DNA from: Clostridia bacterium
Lineage (GTDB): Bacteria; Bacillota; Clostridia; Oscillospirales; CAG-272
Length of the DNA: 58,498 nt
Reading direction: 5' to 3'
NCBI GenBank assembly: GCA_017462545.1
Contig: JAFTQX010000019.1
Coordinates: 1-58,498, forward strand
Position numbers and translations under genes: made by a program. Each line of letters starts with the position of its first letter. Within the stretch, counting starts at the first letter, position 1. The notes beneath the pieces are model-generated. The model made no database searches. It saw only the letters and a program-made list of their open reading frames with translations, and had not been told where the DNA came from. Positions 46,510 through 55,289 of this stretch are shown in pieces.

Positions 46510-46540
46510 AAAAAAAGCCGCGCCCACGGGCGCGGCTTTT
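46510..46540. terminator. Bidirectional terminator (ends giant protein B-peptide operon)
   Basis: AAAAAAAGCCGCGCCC-ac-GGGCGCGGCTTTT. Confidence 0.8.
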
Positions 46541-46551
46541 CTCTTGCTGGA

Positions 46552-46668
46552 TTAGAAATCAAAAATGCTGGAGAGCTTGTCGATAGCAAGCTCGTTTTCA
46601 TCGGAGGCCATCAGCACATCCGAGGAAAGAACAAGCAGCTCGCAAAGCGGTGCTTCATATTTCTTCAT
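46552..46668 (-). CDS. 38-aa YxxP-motif peptide, copy 2 (MKKYEAPLCELLVLSSDVLMASDENELAIDKLSSIFDF)
   Basis: SD AAGGAGG just after the upstream stop; 36/38 identical to copy 1. Confidence 0.88.
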   Translation of the reverse strand: MKKYEAPLCELLVLSSDVLMASDENELAIDKLSSIFDF

Positions 46669-46687
46669 GGTTCTATCGCCTCCTTTT

Positions 46688-49600
46688 TTATTCTGCGGGG
46701 GTTGTAAATTCAATTTCCAGCGCGGCAGAGCTCTTACCGTAGATGCTCTCTGCCACCACCATGGCGGTGTAGGTCGTGCCTGCCGTCAGACCGGTGACGG
46801 GGAGATTGTTGGTCTCCGGCTCGGCCTCGCCCAGCCAGTACCAAGAGTTCTCCTTCTTGAAGTACACAATGTTACCGGCCTCGTCTACGACCACGATGTA
46901 GTAGGCCGAAACCACGTCGTCCGAAACGCTATCGTAAACGTGGGCGATCGGGGCGGTCACGGTTGCGGTGGTTGCGGTCGCGCTGACCGTCAGCTTATCG
47001 GTTGCGGCAAAGACGGGAGCCAGCGCATCGTTTTGACGAGCGGTGGTGTAGGTGAAGTTCTCGGTCGACTGGCAAACGGCGTTGCTGTCGATCACCCACT
47101 CCTGGCCGATCTCGGAATCATGGAAGAAGTCATAGCGCTGCATACGAATGACGTTGTTCGAGTCGATCGTCATAAATACGCCCTGCGAAACCTCGTAGCC
47201 GTCAGAAAGCTTACCGCCAACCGACCAGCTACCGGTCGTGTGCGTGTAGAAGACCTTCGAGCCTGCCGTACCCAGATCGACGTTGGTAAAGTCCTTCTGC
47301 GAGATACGGGTAGGCGAGTTCTGCTTGTTGTGCGAGTGGCCGGAGAACCAAACCACCTGCGGGTACTTGGCCATCTCCGCCTTGCCCTCAGCAGACAGGC
47401 CGAAGGGATTGTTCCCGCTTTCGCTGAAGTAGCCAACGTGCGAGTACACGAGAATGGGCGCGTTCGGGTTGCCGGCAGCTACGTTTGCGTCATAGGCCGC
47501 CTTCACCTCACGGAGCAGGAATTCCTCGCCCTTCTCGTAGCCATAGGCCGACATATCCTTGTTGTATGCAGGAGAATCTCCATCCGTACGCTCGGAAATA
47601 CCGATGATGTGGACACCATTGATCACGATGTGGCTGTCTACGTTATCAAGCTTCTCGGTCATGTTGAAGGGAATCTTGTTCACGTCGCCCACGCCGTCAC
47701 CGTATGCGGCACCAACGCTGAGCATATCCTGGAACATGGTAAACACGTCCTTGACCGTTGCATCCGAGTTGATGTTTTCATCCTGCCAGCCGTAGATGTA
47801 GTGCTCGTGGTTACCAACCACCACGCCAACATCGGTCTTCTCCGGATCGACGTACTGGTTCATGATCTTCAGGAAGGTCTTGTACTGGCTTGCATAGCCC
47901 TCGTTGGTCAGGTCACCGGCAATGGTAATGCCGTCAACCGGTACGCCGTAATAGGTGTTGGCCGTTTGCAGAACGTCAGCCAGCTTGCCGGAGGCGTTGA
48001 CACCGCCCTCCTCACCGATGTGGGTATCCGAGATAAAGAGGAAGCGGGCAACGATCTCGGCCTCCTCGCCGCCCTTGTTTTCGCCAACATAGTTGTCAAC
48101 AGCGATGCCCAAGGTCTGCAGAGCGGCAACGATGCCGGCCTGTGCGGTCTCGGACGCGGTGCGAACGAAGTAGGAGGCAACGCTGTAGGTGATGTCACCA
48201 GTTACGGGGTTGCCGTCTGCGTCACAAACGCGGAAGGTGTAGGTATCACCAAAGCGGCTGTAGGGGATGGAGACATAAGCGGCAAGGTAGGTGCCGGTCG
48301 TGTCTTCCATACGGGTAGAAAGCGCGATCTGCTTGCTGGAGCCATCCGTAACCAGATACAGCTCGCTGTAATTGGAGAGAGGCTCGCCAACTGCATCAAT
48401 ATGCAGCTTAAGCTGAACGGTATCGTTGAGCACCAGGCTCACGCCGCTGAAGAAGTAGCTCTGTCCGTCTACCTTCGTCTGCGTGTAGGCGTCGGTAGCG
48501 GCGGGGGGCTCAAAGGAGATCTCGTCGGTCACGCCGGCGTTGGCAAGCGCGTCAGTCTTGTAGTTAAAGTAGGTCTGTGCCTCAGCACCGTAGGCAAGGG
48601 TGGCAAGTGCCAGATCCTTGATCTTCTGGTCCGTGGTCACGCCGATCAGTGCCTTAAAGTAGTCGGCAAGCGAGGTCGTGCCGGTCTTCAGCACAACATT
48701 CTCGCGCGCGGTGCCGTCCGGCATTTGTACCGTACCGGTGACCGTGTACTTGATCTCCTCGGTCATCTGCTTGGCGGCAAAGCCGGAAATAGTTGCATCC
48801 AGCGTCTTGGCACCGAATACGGGCGTGCCAACCGTCGCGTTGGTCGCGGTGGTGGAGAGCGCCAGCTTCAGAGAAGCAGCCTCCACATAAGGCATAGAGC
48901 CCTGCTGTACGTACATGTTGCCCGTGGTCTTGACGCTGACGTTCGCAGCCAGGTCAGAGCCGAGCGAAGCGGAGGCAGAGGCATCTGCCGACAGCACGCG
49001 GCTGTAGGAGATGGTGGCGTCTACGTGGTTGCCGCAGCCCTTCCAAACGTCGCCGGAGGTGTTGAACAGGAACTCGATCTTATCGCCGGCAGCCACGAAC
49101 AGGTTGCTCGGCATGCTGTCGTTGTAAAGCGAGGCCACGTTGGTCTTGGCCTTGGCCGAGTAGGTCAGGCCGTCGGGATTTTCCTCGCTCACCGTCAGCG
49201 CGGTATAGTCTGCGCCAAAGGGCTTTTCCCATGCGCCGTCGGCCGGCCAGATCATCTTGCCGTTGTGGAAGATGGCAAAATTAACGATGGCCGGGTTAGA
49301 CTGACCGCCAGAGGTATAGTTCATGAGCTGGAGCAGCTCAATATCGATCATACCGGTGTATTCTGCCGTATAGCGGAAACCGGCTGCATATTTTGTAGGT
49401 GCCGAAACGGCATAGCGGTTCAAAACGCCCCAGTTGGTATTCTCGTTCCACATGAAACGGGGCTTGCTGCTGATACCGTCATTGCGGCAGAGGTATGCCA
49501 GGCTCTTGCTGCTGTTATAGTAGGAGGCCAGCGCCACGGTGGGGTTCTGCCCGGCAATGGTGGTGGGCAGGTTGGCGTTGGTGCTATTATAATAGGTAAC

Positions 49601-51379
49601 CAGATCCCAAGCACCGGGATAGGTGACCGTATCCTTAAAGGTAGCCGCAGAGATGGTCTCCGGCGGGGTAACGACCGGCTTGTTGCCTGCCTCAAAGAAG
49701 TTGGAGGTATGCTCTACGATCTGGTTATAGGTAACGTTGGCATACACGCAGATACCGTTACCGGCATAAATGCTCTTGCTGGTGTCAAGATTCTTGACAA
49801 TAAATTCAATGGTGCCACCCTTCTGCACGAGCAGATTAGTCGGGATGGTAGCATTGGCTGCCTCGGCATAGTTGGTATCCATGTCGGGGGCCTGGAAATA
49901 GCCGCTCTCCGGCCACACCTGCACGCCGTCGATGTAGATGGCCGCCTGAATACCGCCGGAGTTGGGCATCTCGGTGGTCACCTTGTTGAGCATCTCAAAG
50001 GAAACGTCTACGTAGCCGCCATTCTCTGCTGTATAGCGCCAACCTACCGCATTAGAAGTACCTACAGCAAGCAGCGCGCCGTAACCGCTCTTCAGCCAGC
50101 CGCCAACTTCGCTACCCATGTACAGGTTGCCGCCCGCAAAGCTGCCGCCCGTGGTATAGTACCGGTTGGCAGTGCCATCTTGCTTCGTCGTGGTCATCAG
50201 CTTGCCGGCACCGGCAGCATAGCCGCCGGCATAATATACGGGCACCCAGCCGCCGCTGAAAACGGCCGCGCCGTCAACCACCGTCGGCTGATTAGAGGTA
50301 TCGTTCAGGCTGCTGCTCTGTACGGGCAGCTTGGTGGTGATGTCCTCCCACATCTCGCCAACCTCGGTGTAGGTGACGGCGGGGGCAAGGTCAACGATCT
50401 TCTTGTTGCCTCTGCCAATCACGAACTGAATGGTATCGCCGCCGTTGATCGCCATGTTGGACAGTACGCCATCCGGGATGGAGACCGTATAGGTCGCTTT
50501 CTCGGCAGCCTCGTTGCCTGCCTCGACCTTGTACCAGCCGGCAGCCTCAAAGCCGGTGGTCACGATATCGGTGCCGGCGGCGGCCGTCGGCCATACGATC
50601 TTGCCGTTCACGGCTACAGCCATAAAGACGTGTGCCTCTGCGACCTGGGAGTTATCAACGTAGCCGTTGAAGATCTTGACCGTGTCAAAATTCACGTTTA
50701 CCTTACCGGAGGCCGGCGCGGTGTACTGTGCTGCAACAACGCGGTTTGCGTTACCGGAAAGCACCCATGCATAGCCGGTGGATGCCTTGGTATAGTACAT
50801 ACCGCCGTAGGTCCAGGCAGAGCCGCCATTCCAGATAGCAAGACCGCCGGAGGAGGGCTTGGAGGCCGTGGTAAAGCCGTGGAAGCCGGTGGAGGTCCAC
50901 AAGCCGCCGTTCCAGCCGCCACGGGTGCCGATAATGGTGGTACCGTCTGCCGTGGTGATCGGAATGTTGGAATAGTCGCTATAGAGCGAGAACTTCGAGG
51001 ACTTGGTGACCGGGTAGAAGGTCAGATCCTCGGTGATGTAGGTGCCGTTGTAGGCACGGGCATCGATCATGTTGCCGTTGACGTCGGTCGTGTACCAGCC
51101 AAGGATCTCCTTGGGGTTCACGTTCTTGACGTAGCACTCGGCATCGCTCGGGGTGCCGAAATAGATAAAGCCCGCGTCAAAGGTATACTGGGCAATCAGG
51201 TCGCCTAAAATACCAGGGCCCTTGCCGCTGCCCGAGCGGAAGCTGATGGTCACCTGCTTCTCCTCCTCGGGGGTTGTGGTGGTTGTTGTGTCTGCAGCCA
51301 CGGCGGGCAATACCATGGTGGGAACCATGGGGATGAGCATGCAAACAAGCAACAACAAGCTGAGAATGCGTTTTTTCAT
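46688..51379 (-). CDS. Giant secreted repeat protein B (~1563 aa) with metallophosphoesterase and FN3-like domains
   Basis: Signal peptide MKKRILSLLLLVCML..AVA; three NG..WP repeats; shared YGAEAQTYF/YSVASY module; SDTH, GDLT, GNHE and GHSH motifs; GLTAGTTYT. Confidence 0.88.
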   Translation of the reverse strand: MKKRILSLLLLVCMLIPMVPTMVLPAVAADTTTTTTPEEEKQVTISFRSGSGKGPGILGDLIAQYTFDAGFIYFGTPSDAECYVKNVNPKEILGWYTTDVNGNMIDARAYNGTYITEDLTFYPVTKSSKFSLYSDYSNIPITTADGTTIIGTRGGWNGGLWTSTGFHGFTTASKPSSGGLAIWNGGSAWTYGGMYYTKASTGYAWVLSGNANRVVAAQYTAPASGKVNVNFDTVKIFNGYVDNSQVAEAHVFMAVAVNGKIVWPTAAAGTDIVTTGFEAAGWYKVEAGNEAAEKATYTVSIPDGVLSNMAINGGDTIQFVIGRGNKKIVDLAPAVTYTEVGEMWEDITTKLPVQSSSLNDTSNQPTVVDGAAVFSGGWVPVYYAGGYAAGAGKLMTTTKQDGTANRYYTTGGSFAGGNLYMGSEVGGWLKSGYGALLAVGTSNAVGWRYTAENGGYVDVSFEMLNKVTTEMPNSGGIQAAIYIDGVQVWPESGYFQAPDMDTNYAEAANATIPTNLLVQKGGTIEFIVKNLDTSKSIYAGNGICVYANVTYNQIVEHTSNFFEAGNKPVVTPPETISAATFKDTVTYPGAWDLVTYYNSTNANLPTTIAGQNPTVALASYYNSSKSLAYLCRNDGISSKPRFMWNENTNWGVLNRYAVSAPTKYAAGFRYTAEYTGMIDIELLQLMNYTSGGQSNPAIVNFAIFHNGKMIWPADGAWEKPFGADYTALTVSEENPDGLTYSAKAKTNVASLYNDSMPSNLFVAAGDKIEFLFNTSGDVWKGCGNHVDATISYSRVLSADASASASLGSDLAANVSVKTTGNMYVQQGSMPYVEAASLKLALSTTATNATVGTPVFGAKTLDATISGFAAKQMTEEIKYTVTGTVQMPDGTARENVVLKTGTTSLADYFKALIGVTTDQKIKDLALATLAYGAEAQTYFNYKTDALANAGVTDEISFEPPAATDAYTQTKVDGQSYFFSGVSLVLNDTVQLKLHIDAVGEPLSNYSELYLVTDGSSKQIALSTRMEDTTGTYLAAYVSIPYSRFGDTYTFRVCDADGNPVTGDITYSVASYFVRTASETAQAGIVAALQTLGIAVDNYVGENKGGEEAEIVARFLFISDTHIGEEGGVNASGKLADVLQTANTYYGVPVDGITIAGDLTNEGYASQYKTFLKIMNQYVDPEKTDVGVVVGNHEHYIYGWQDENINSDATVKDVFTMFQDMLSVGAAYGDGVGDVNKIPFNMTEKLDNVDSHIVINGVHIIGISERTDGDSPAYNKDMSAYGYEKGEEFLLREVKAAYDANVAAGNPNAPILVYSHVGYFSESGNNPFGLSAEGKAEMAKYPQVVWFSGHSHNKQNSPTRISQKDFTNVDLGTAGSKVFYTHTTGSWSVGGKLSDGYEVSQGVFMTIDSNNVIRMQRYDFFHDSEIGQEWVIDSNAVCQSTENFTYTTARQNDALAPVFAATDKLTVSATATTATVTAPIAHVYDSVSDDVVSAYYIVVVDEAGNIVYFKKENSWYWLGEAEPETNNLPVTGLTAGTTYTAMVVAESIYGKSSAALEIEFTTPAE

Positions 51380-51441
51380 AACCGTTCTCCTTTTTTCGTG
51401 TTTTTTCGTGTTTTTATGCATAGGGATAGTCTTACAAATAC

Positions 51442-51470
51442 ATCATAGCACAAAGACGAGTTCATTGCAA
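51442..51470 (-). promoter_or_regulatory. Sigma-A promoter for giant protein B
   Basis: TTGCAA-17 bp-TATGAT with extended TG. Confidence 0.6.
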
Positions 51471-51527
51471 GAGAAATTCCAAAAATCCAAATTTTTTAAC
51501 GGATGTTGCAAATGTGCCGCTTCTACT

Positions 51528-51693
51528 ATCATCCTGAGCGTAAGCGAAGAATCTTTTAAGATCCTTCAGTCGCTCCGCTCCCTCAGGATGACAGGTGGAG
51601 GGTGGCGGTGCTCTCGCTCCCTCAGGATGACAACGGGGCAAGCCTCCCTCCGGGAGGGCTCTGCTTTCCTCGCCTCCCTCTGAAGAGGGAGGC
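51528..51693. repeat. REP-like palindromes (TCATCCTGAG and CCTCCCT..AGGGAGG families)
   Basis: TCATCCTGAGCG..GAAGAATCT/AGATCCTTC..CTCAGGATGACA pair, a second CGCTCCCTCAGGATGACA copy, then GCCTCCCTCTGAAGAGGGAGGC. Confidence 0.75.
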
Positions 51694-51817
51694 TATGCTC
51701 GGCCATTTTGCTATTCCCTGCGAAACACCAATTTGTACACAAAATTTTCACCAAAATGTATTGATAAATCGGCCGTCTCGTGATATACTGAAAAAAACAC
51801 CGAAAAGGAGTTTCGGC

Positions 51818-52660
51818 ATGAACGAAGAAAACGAAAAAAAGCCGCAGAGCGGCGAGGAAATAGAAGAGAGCATTGCGGCCAAGCGGCTTGCGCACTTCTC
51901 CCCCGAGATCAAGGAGGGAGACGGCAGCGAGCTGGTGATCGCGCGAGAGCCGGGCTTCCTCGGCCTTTGCAAGCACCTCTGGTATCACTACAAGCTCGCC
52001 ATCATCGCGGCGGTCTTTGTGCTGGTGGTGGCGGTCATTTGCCTGCGCCAATGCGCCACGCGCAACAGCTACGATGTGGACATTCTGTACGCCGGCCCGT
52101 GGTTTGAATGCGACGGCAGCACCACCATCAGCGGCATGCATGAGGCCTTTGCCGGCATGATCGACGATTACGATGGTGACGGCAAAAAGAACGTGGCCTA
52201 CACGCCGCTGTTCCTCTTGAGCCATGAGCAGCTGGAGGCACTTCGCGCAGAAAACGCGAGCAAGCCGGATGAGGAGAAGATCTTTGTCAGCGACAAGCTG
52301 CTGAAGGACAACCGCGATCTGCTGGATGCCGATATCATGACCGGCGAAATGTCGCTTTGCCTGTTGGATCCCACGATTTACTGGTACATGCGGGAGAATG
52401 ATCTGGTTGACGAGCTTTCTCACTATATTGATGCAAGTCTCATCCCCGAGGGAACGAATTTAGAGGGCTATGGCATCATGCTGAAGGACACCGCCTTTGG
52501 GCAGTACTTTGGCACGTTTCGGGATATGCCGGAGAATACCATCCTCTGCGTGCGCCGTGCGGGCGTGATGAACCAGGCGTGGAACGGCGAGGGGCAGGAG
52601 GAAATGCGTGCCCGCTATGCCGATCTTTTGACCGCGCTGTTGTCGTTTACGGCACCGTAG
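51818..52660 (+). CDS. Membrane-anchored hypothetical protein (possibly solute-binding-like fold)
   Basis: SD AGGAG then ATG at 51818; WYHYK followed by one TM segment; DYDGDGK motif. Confidence 0.65.
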   Translation: MNEENEKKPQSGEEIEESIAAKRLAHFSPEIKEGDGSELVIAREPGFLGLCKHLWYHYKLAIIAAVFVLVVAVICLRQCATRNSYDVDILYAGPWFECDGSTTISGMHEAFAGMIDDYDGDGKKNVAYTPLFLLSHEQLEALRAENASKPDEEKIFVSDKLLKDNRDLLDADIMTGEMSLCLLDPTIYWYMRENDLVDELSHYIDASLIPEGTNLEGYGIMLKDTAFGQYFGTFRDMPENTILCVRRAGVMNQAWNGEGQEEMRARYADLLTALLSFTAP

Positions 52661-52680
52661 AAACAAAACTATGCGGCGTT

Positions 52681-52855
52681 TCCTCACGCCGTCATCCTGA
52701 GCGAAGTCCGCCCGAGATTCCACTTTGGCTGCGCCTCGTGCTTTCGCGCATAGCGCGAAAGTTCGACTCCGCTTCGCTGCGCTCAGAATGACAGCGGGCG
52801 GACGTAGTCGAACCCCGCAGGGGTGCCACCGTAAGGTGGCAGGATCTCGTGAGGA
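52681..52855. repeat. Nested palindromic REP-like element (GTCATYCTGAG family)
   Basis: Outer GTCATCCTGAG..GTCGAAC..AGGATCT unit containing an inner AGATTCC..GTTCGACT..GCTCAGAATGAC unit (52711-52798). Confidence 0.8.
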
Positions 52856-52890
52856 GATGCAGACATTAACACCACAGAGGAGAAAAGACA

Positions 52891-53211
52891 ATGGAACGCT
52901 ATGCTTGGCGGGCAAGGCTGCTGCCCGGTAAAAAGGAAGAATACATTCGCCGCCACGACGAGATCTGGCCGGAGATGAAGGCCGTTTTGCGTGAGGCGGG
53001 CATCCGCAATTACACCATTTGGTGCGAGGGCGACGACCTCTTTGGCTACTATGAGTGTGAGAGCGTGCGCGAGGCAGGCCGCGTGCAGGACGAAAGTCCG
53101 GTGGTCGCCCGTTGGAACGACTATATGAAGGACGTGATGGTGATGGAGCGCGACCCCGTTACCGGCGCACAGCCGCTGCTTTCACAGGTCTTTCTGTTTG
53201 ATGGGGAATAA
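52891..53211 (+). CDS. rhaM: L-rhamnose mutarotase family protein
   Basis: EEYIRRHDEIWPEM, GIRNYTIW, LFGY and RWNDYM motifs. Confidence 0.88.
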   Translation: MERYAWRARLLPGKKEEYIRRHDEIWPEMKAVLREAGIRNYTIWCEGDDLFGYYECESVREAGRVQDESPVVARWNDYMKDVMVMERDPVTGAQPLLSQVFLFDGE

Positions 53212-53214
53212 GAT

Positions 53215-53250
53215 AAAACAGAGCCGATGCGCAGCATCGGCTCTGTTTTT
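53215..53250. terminator. Bidirectional terminator between rhaM and lysS
   Basis: AAAACAGAGCCGATGC-gca-GCATCGGCTCTGTTTT. Confidence 0.85.
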
Positions 53251-53255
53251 ATTCT

Positions 53256-54764
53256 TTAATTCTCCGGCTTCATGGTCGGGAAGAGCAGCACGTCGCGGAT
53301 GGACGCGCTATCGGTCAGCAGCATCACGAGACGGTCAACACCAAAGCCGAGACCGCCTGTGGGCGGCATGCCGTATTCGAGGGCGTTGATGAAGTCATAG
53401 TCCACCTCGGCATGGCACTCCGGCTCGGCTGCCAGCTTGGCGGCAACCTGACGCTCAAAGCGCTCACGCTGGTCGATGGGGTCGTTGAGCTCCGAGAAGG
53501 CGTTGCCGAACTCGGTAGCGTTGATGAAGTACTCAAAGCGCTCGGTAAAGGCGGGGTCGCTCGGCTTACGCTTGGCAAGCGGGCTGTTCTCTACCGGGTA
53601 GTCATAAATAAAGGTAGGCTGAATGAGGTTCTCCTCAACATACGCGTCAAAGAACTCCACAAGCACCGCGCCCTTGGTGGCATCCGCCGGGACGGCCACG
53701 TGCTTTTCCTTTGCCGCGGCGCGGGCATCCTCATCGCTCTGCCAATCGTAATAATCCACCCCGGCATACTTCTTGACAGCCTCCACCATGGTCAGGCGCT
53801 GCCAGCAGTCCATATTGATCTCCTTGCCCTGATAGGTGATCTGACGCGTGCCGCAGATGCGGTCACATAGGCGCTTGTAAAGCTCCTCAACCAGATCCAT
53901 CATGCCTTCGAAATCGGTATAGGCCTGATACAGCTCCACGGTGGTAAACTCCGGATTGTGCTTGGTATCCATACCCTCATTACGGAAGATACGGCCAACC
54001 TCGTACACGCGGTCAAGTCCGCCCACGATCAGACGCTTGAGGTACAGCTCGGTCTCGATACGCAGGTACATATCCATATCCAGCGTGTTGTGGTGGGTGA
54101 TGAACGGACGGGCGGCCGCGCCGATCTCACACGGGGTGAGAATGGGGGTGTCTACCTCCAAAAAGCCCTTTTCATCGAGGTACGCGCGGATCTCACGCAT
54201 GATCTGCGAGCGGCGCACAAAGGTCTCCTTGACCTCGGGGTTCACGATCAGATCGACATACCGCTGACGGTAGCGCAGGTCGGTATCGGTCAGACCGTGG
54301 AACTTTTCGGGCAGGGGCAGAAGCGACTTGGAAAGCAGCGTGATGCTGCAGGCGTGCAGCGAGATCTCACCGGTCTGGGTGCGGAAGACAAAGCCCTCAA
54401 CACCGATGATATCACCCACATCCCACTTCTTAAAGCCGGCGTAGACATCCTCGCCTACATCGTCACGGCGAACGTAGAGCTGCATTTTGCCGGTGCTGTC
54501 AAGCAGATGCGCAAAGGAGGCCTTACCCATGACGCGGCGGGAGACCATTCTGCCGGCCAGGCGCACACGCGCACCGGCAGAGGGATCCTCTACGTCTACA
54601 TAATTCGCCTTCAGGCCTTCGCTGTCAGCGGTGACATCATACTTGGTGATCTCATACGGGTTCTGCCCGGCGGCCACCAGATTTGCCAGCTTTTCGCGGC
54701 GAACGGCAAGCTCGTTGGTGGCATTGACGGGCTGCTGTTGCTGATTTTCTCTGTTGTCTTGCAT
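53256..54764 (-). CDS. lysS: Lysyl-tRNA synthetase (class II)
   Basis: LPEKFHGL, YRQRYVDL, FRNEG..HNPEF and YGMPPTGGLG.GVDRL motifs. Confidence 0.98.
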   Translation of the reverse strand: MQDNRENQQQQPVNATNELAVRREKLANLVAAGQNPYEITKYDVTADSEGLKANYVDVEDPSAGARVRLAGRMVSRRVMGKASFAHLLDSTGKMQLYVRRDDVGEDVYAGFKKWDVGDIIGVEGFVFRTQTGEISLHACSITLLSKSLLPLPEKFHGLTDTDLRYRQRYVDLIVNPEVKETFVRRSQIMREIRAYLDEKGFLEVDTPILTPCEIGAAARPFITHHNTLDMDMYLRIETELYLKRLIVGGLDRVYEVGRIFRNEGMDTKHNPEFTTVELYQAYTDFEGMMDLVEELYKRLCDRICGTRQITYQGKEINMDCWQRLTMVEAVKKYAGVDYYDWQSDEDARAAAKEKHVAVPADATKGAVLVEFFDAYVEENLIQPTFIYDYPVENSPLAKRKPSDPAFTERFEYFINATEFGNAFSELNDPIDQRERFERQVAAKLAAEPECHAEVDYDFINALEYGMPPTGGLGFGVDRLVMLLTDSASIRDVLLFPTMKPEN

Positions 54765-54779
54765 GGTAATGCCCCTTTC

Positions 54780-55253
54780 TTAGCGGGTAATGCTCAGCAC
54801 TTCCAGATGGAACACGTTGCCGTTGGGAGCGGTAAACTCTACCTTCTCCCCCACGCGGGCACCCTTCAATGCCGCGCCGATCGGCGACTCATCCGAAATT
54901 TTGCCATTGACAGGATCGGCACCAAAGGAGCCGACCAGCGTGTACGTAACGATCTTGCCCGTCTCCAGGCGGCGTACCTCTACCACAGAGCCGACGTTGA
55001 TGACATCCTCATCCAGCTCGCTCTCGTCCATGACGTGCGCGTTGGCGATCATGTGCTCCAGCTCGGCAATGCGAGCGGCGATCTTGCCCTGCTCCTGCTT
55101 TGCCTCATCATACTCGCTGTTCTCGGAAAGGTCGCCGTAGCTGCGGGCGGTGGAGATATCCTTTTTGTTCTCCTCGCGCTTTACCTTATACAGCTCAAGC
55201 TCCTTCTGCAGCTCTGCATACTCTGCGGGGGTATAATTCTTGATCTCTGCCAT
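54780..55253 (-). CDS. greA: Transcription elongation factor GreA
   Basis: ARSYGDLSENSEYDEAK and ISDESPIG motifs. Confidence 0.97.
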   Translation of the reverse strand: MAEIKNYTPAEYAELQKELELYKVKREENKKDISTARSYGDLSENSEYDEAKQEQGKIAARIAELEHMIANAHVMDESELDEDVINVGSVVEVRRLETGKIVTYTLVGSFGADPVNGKISDESPIGAALKGARVGEKVEFTAPNGNVFHLEVLSITR

Positions 55254-55289
55254 GATTTGTTTCTCCCTTATATGTTATGAAAAATATTT

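Noticed and set aside
46565-51208. 1547-aa plus-strand ORF
   Set aside because: Antisense shadow of giant protein B and its peptide; no recognisable motifs or SD. Its similarity to ORF 36328-36540 simply mirrors the conserved minus-strand peptide.
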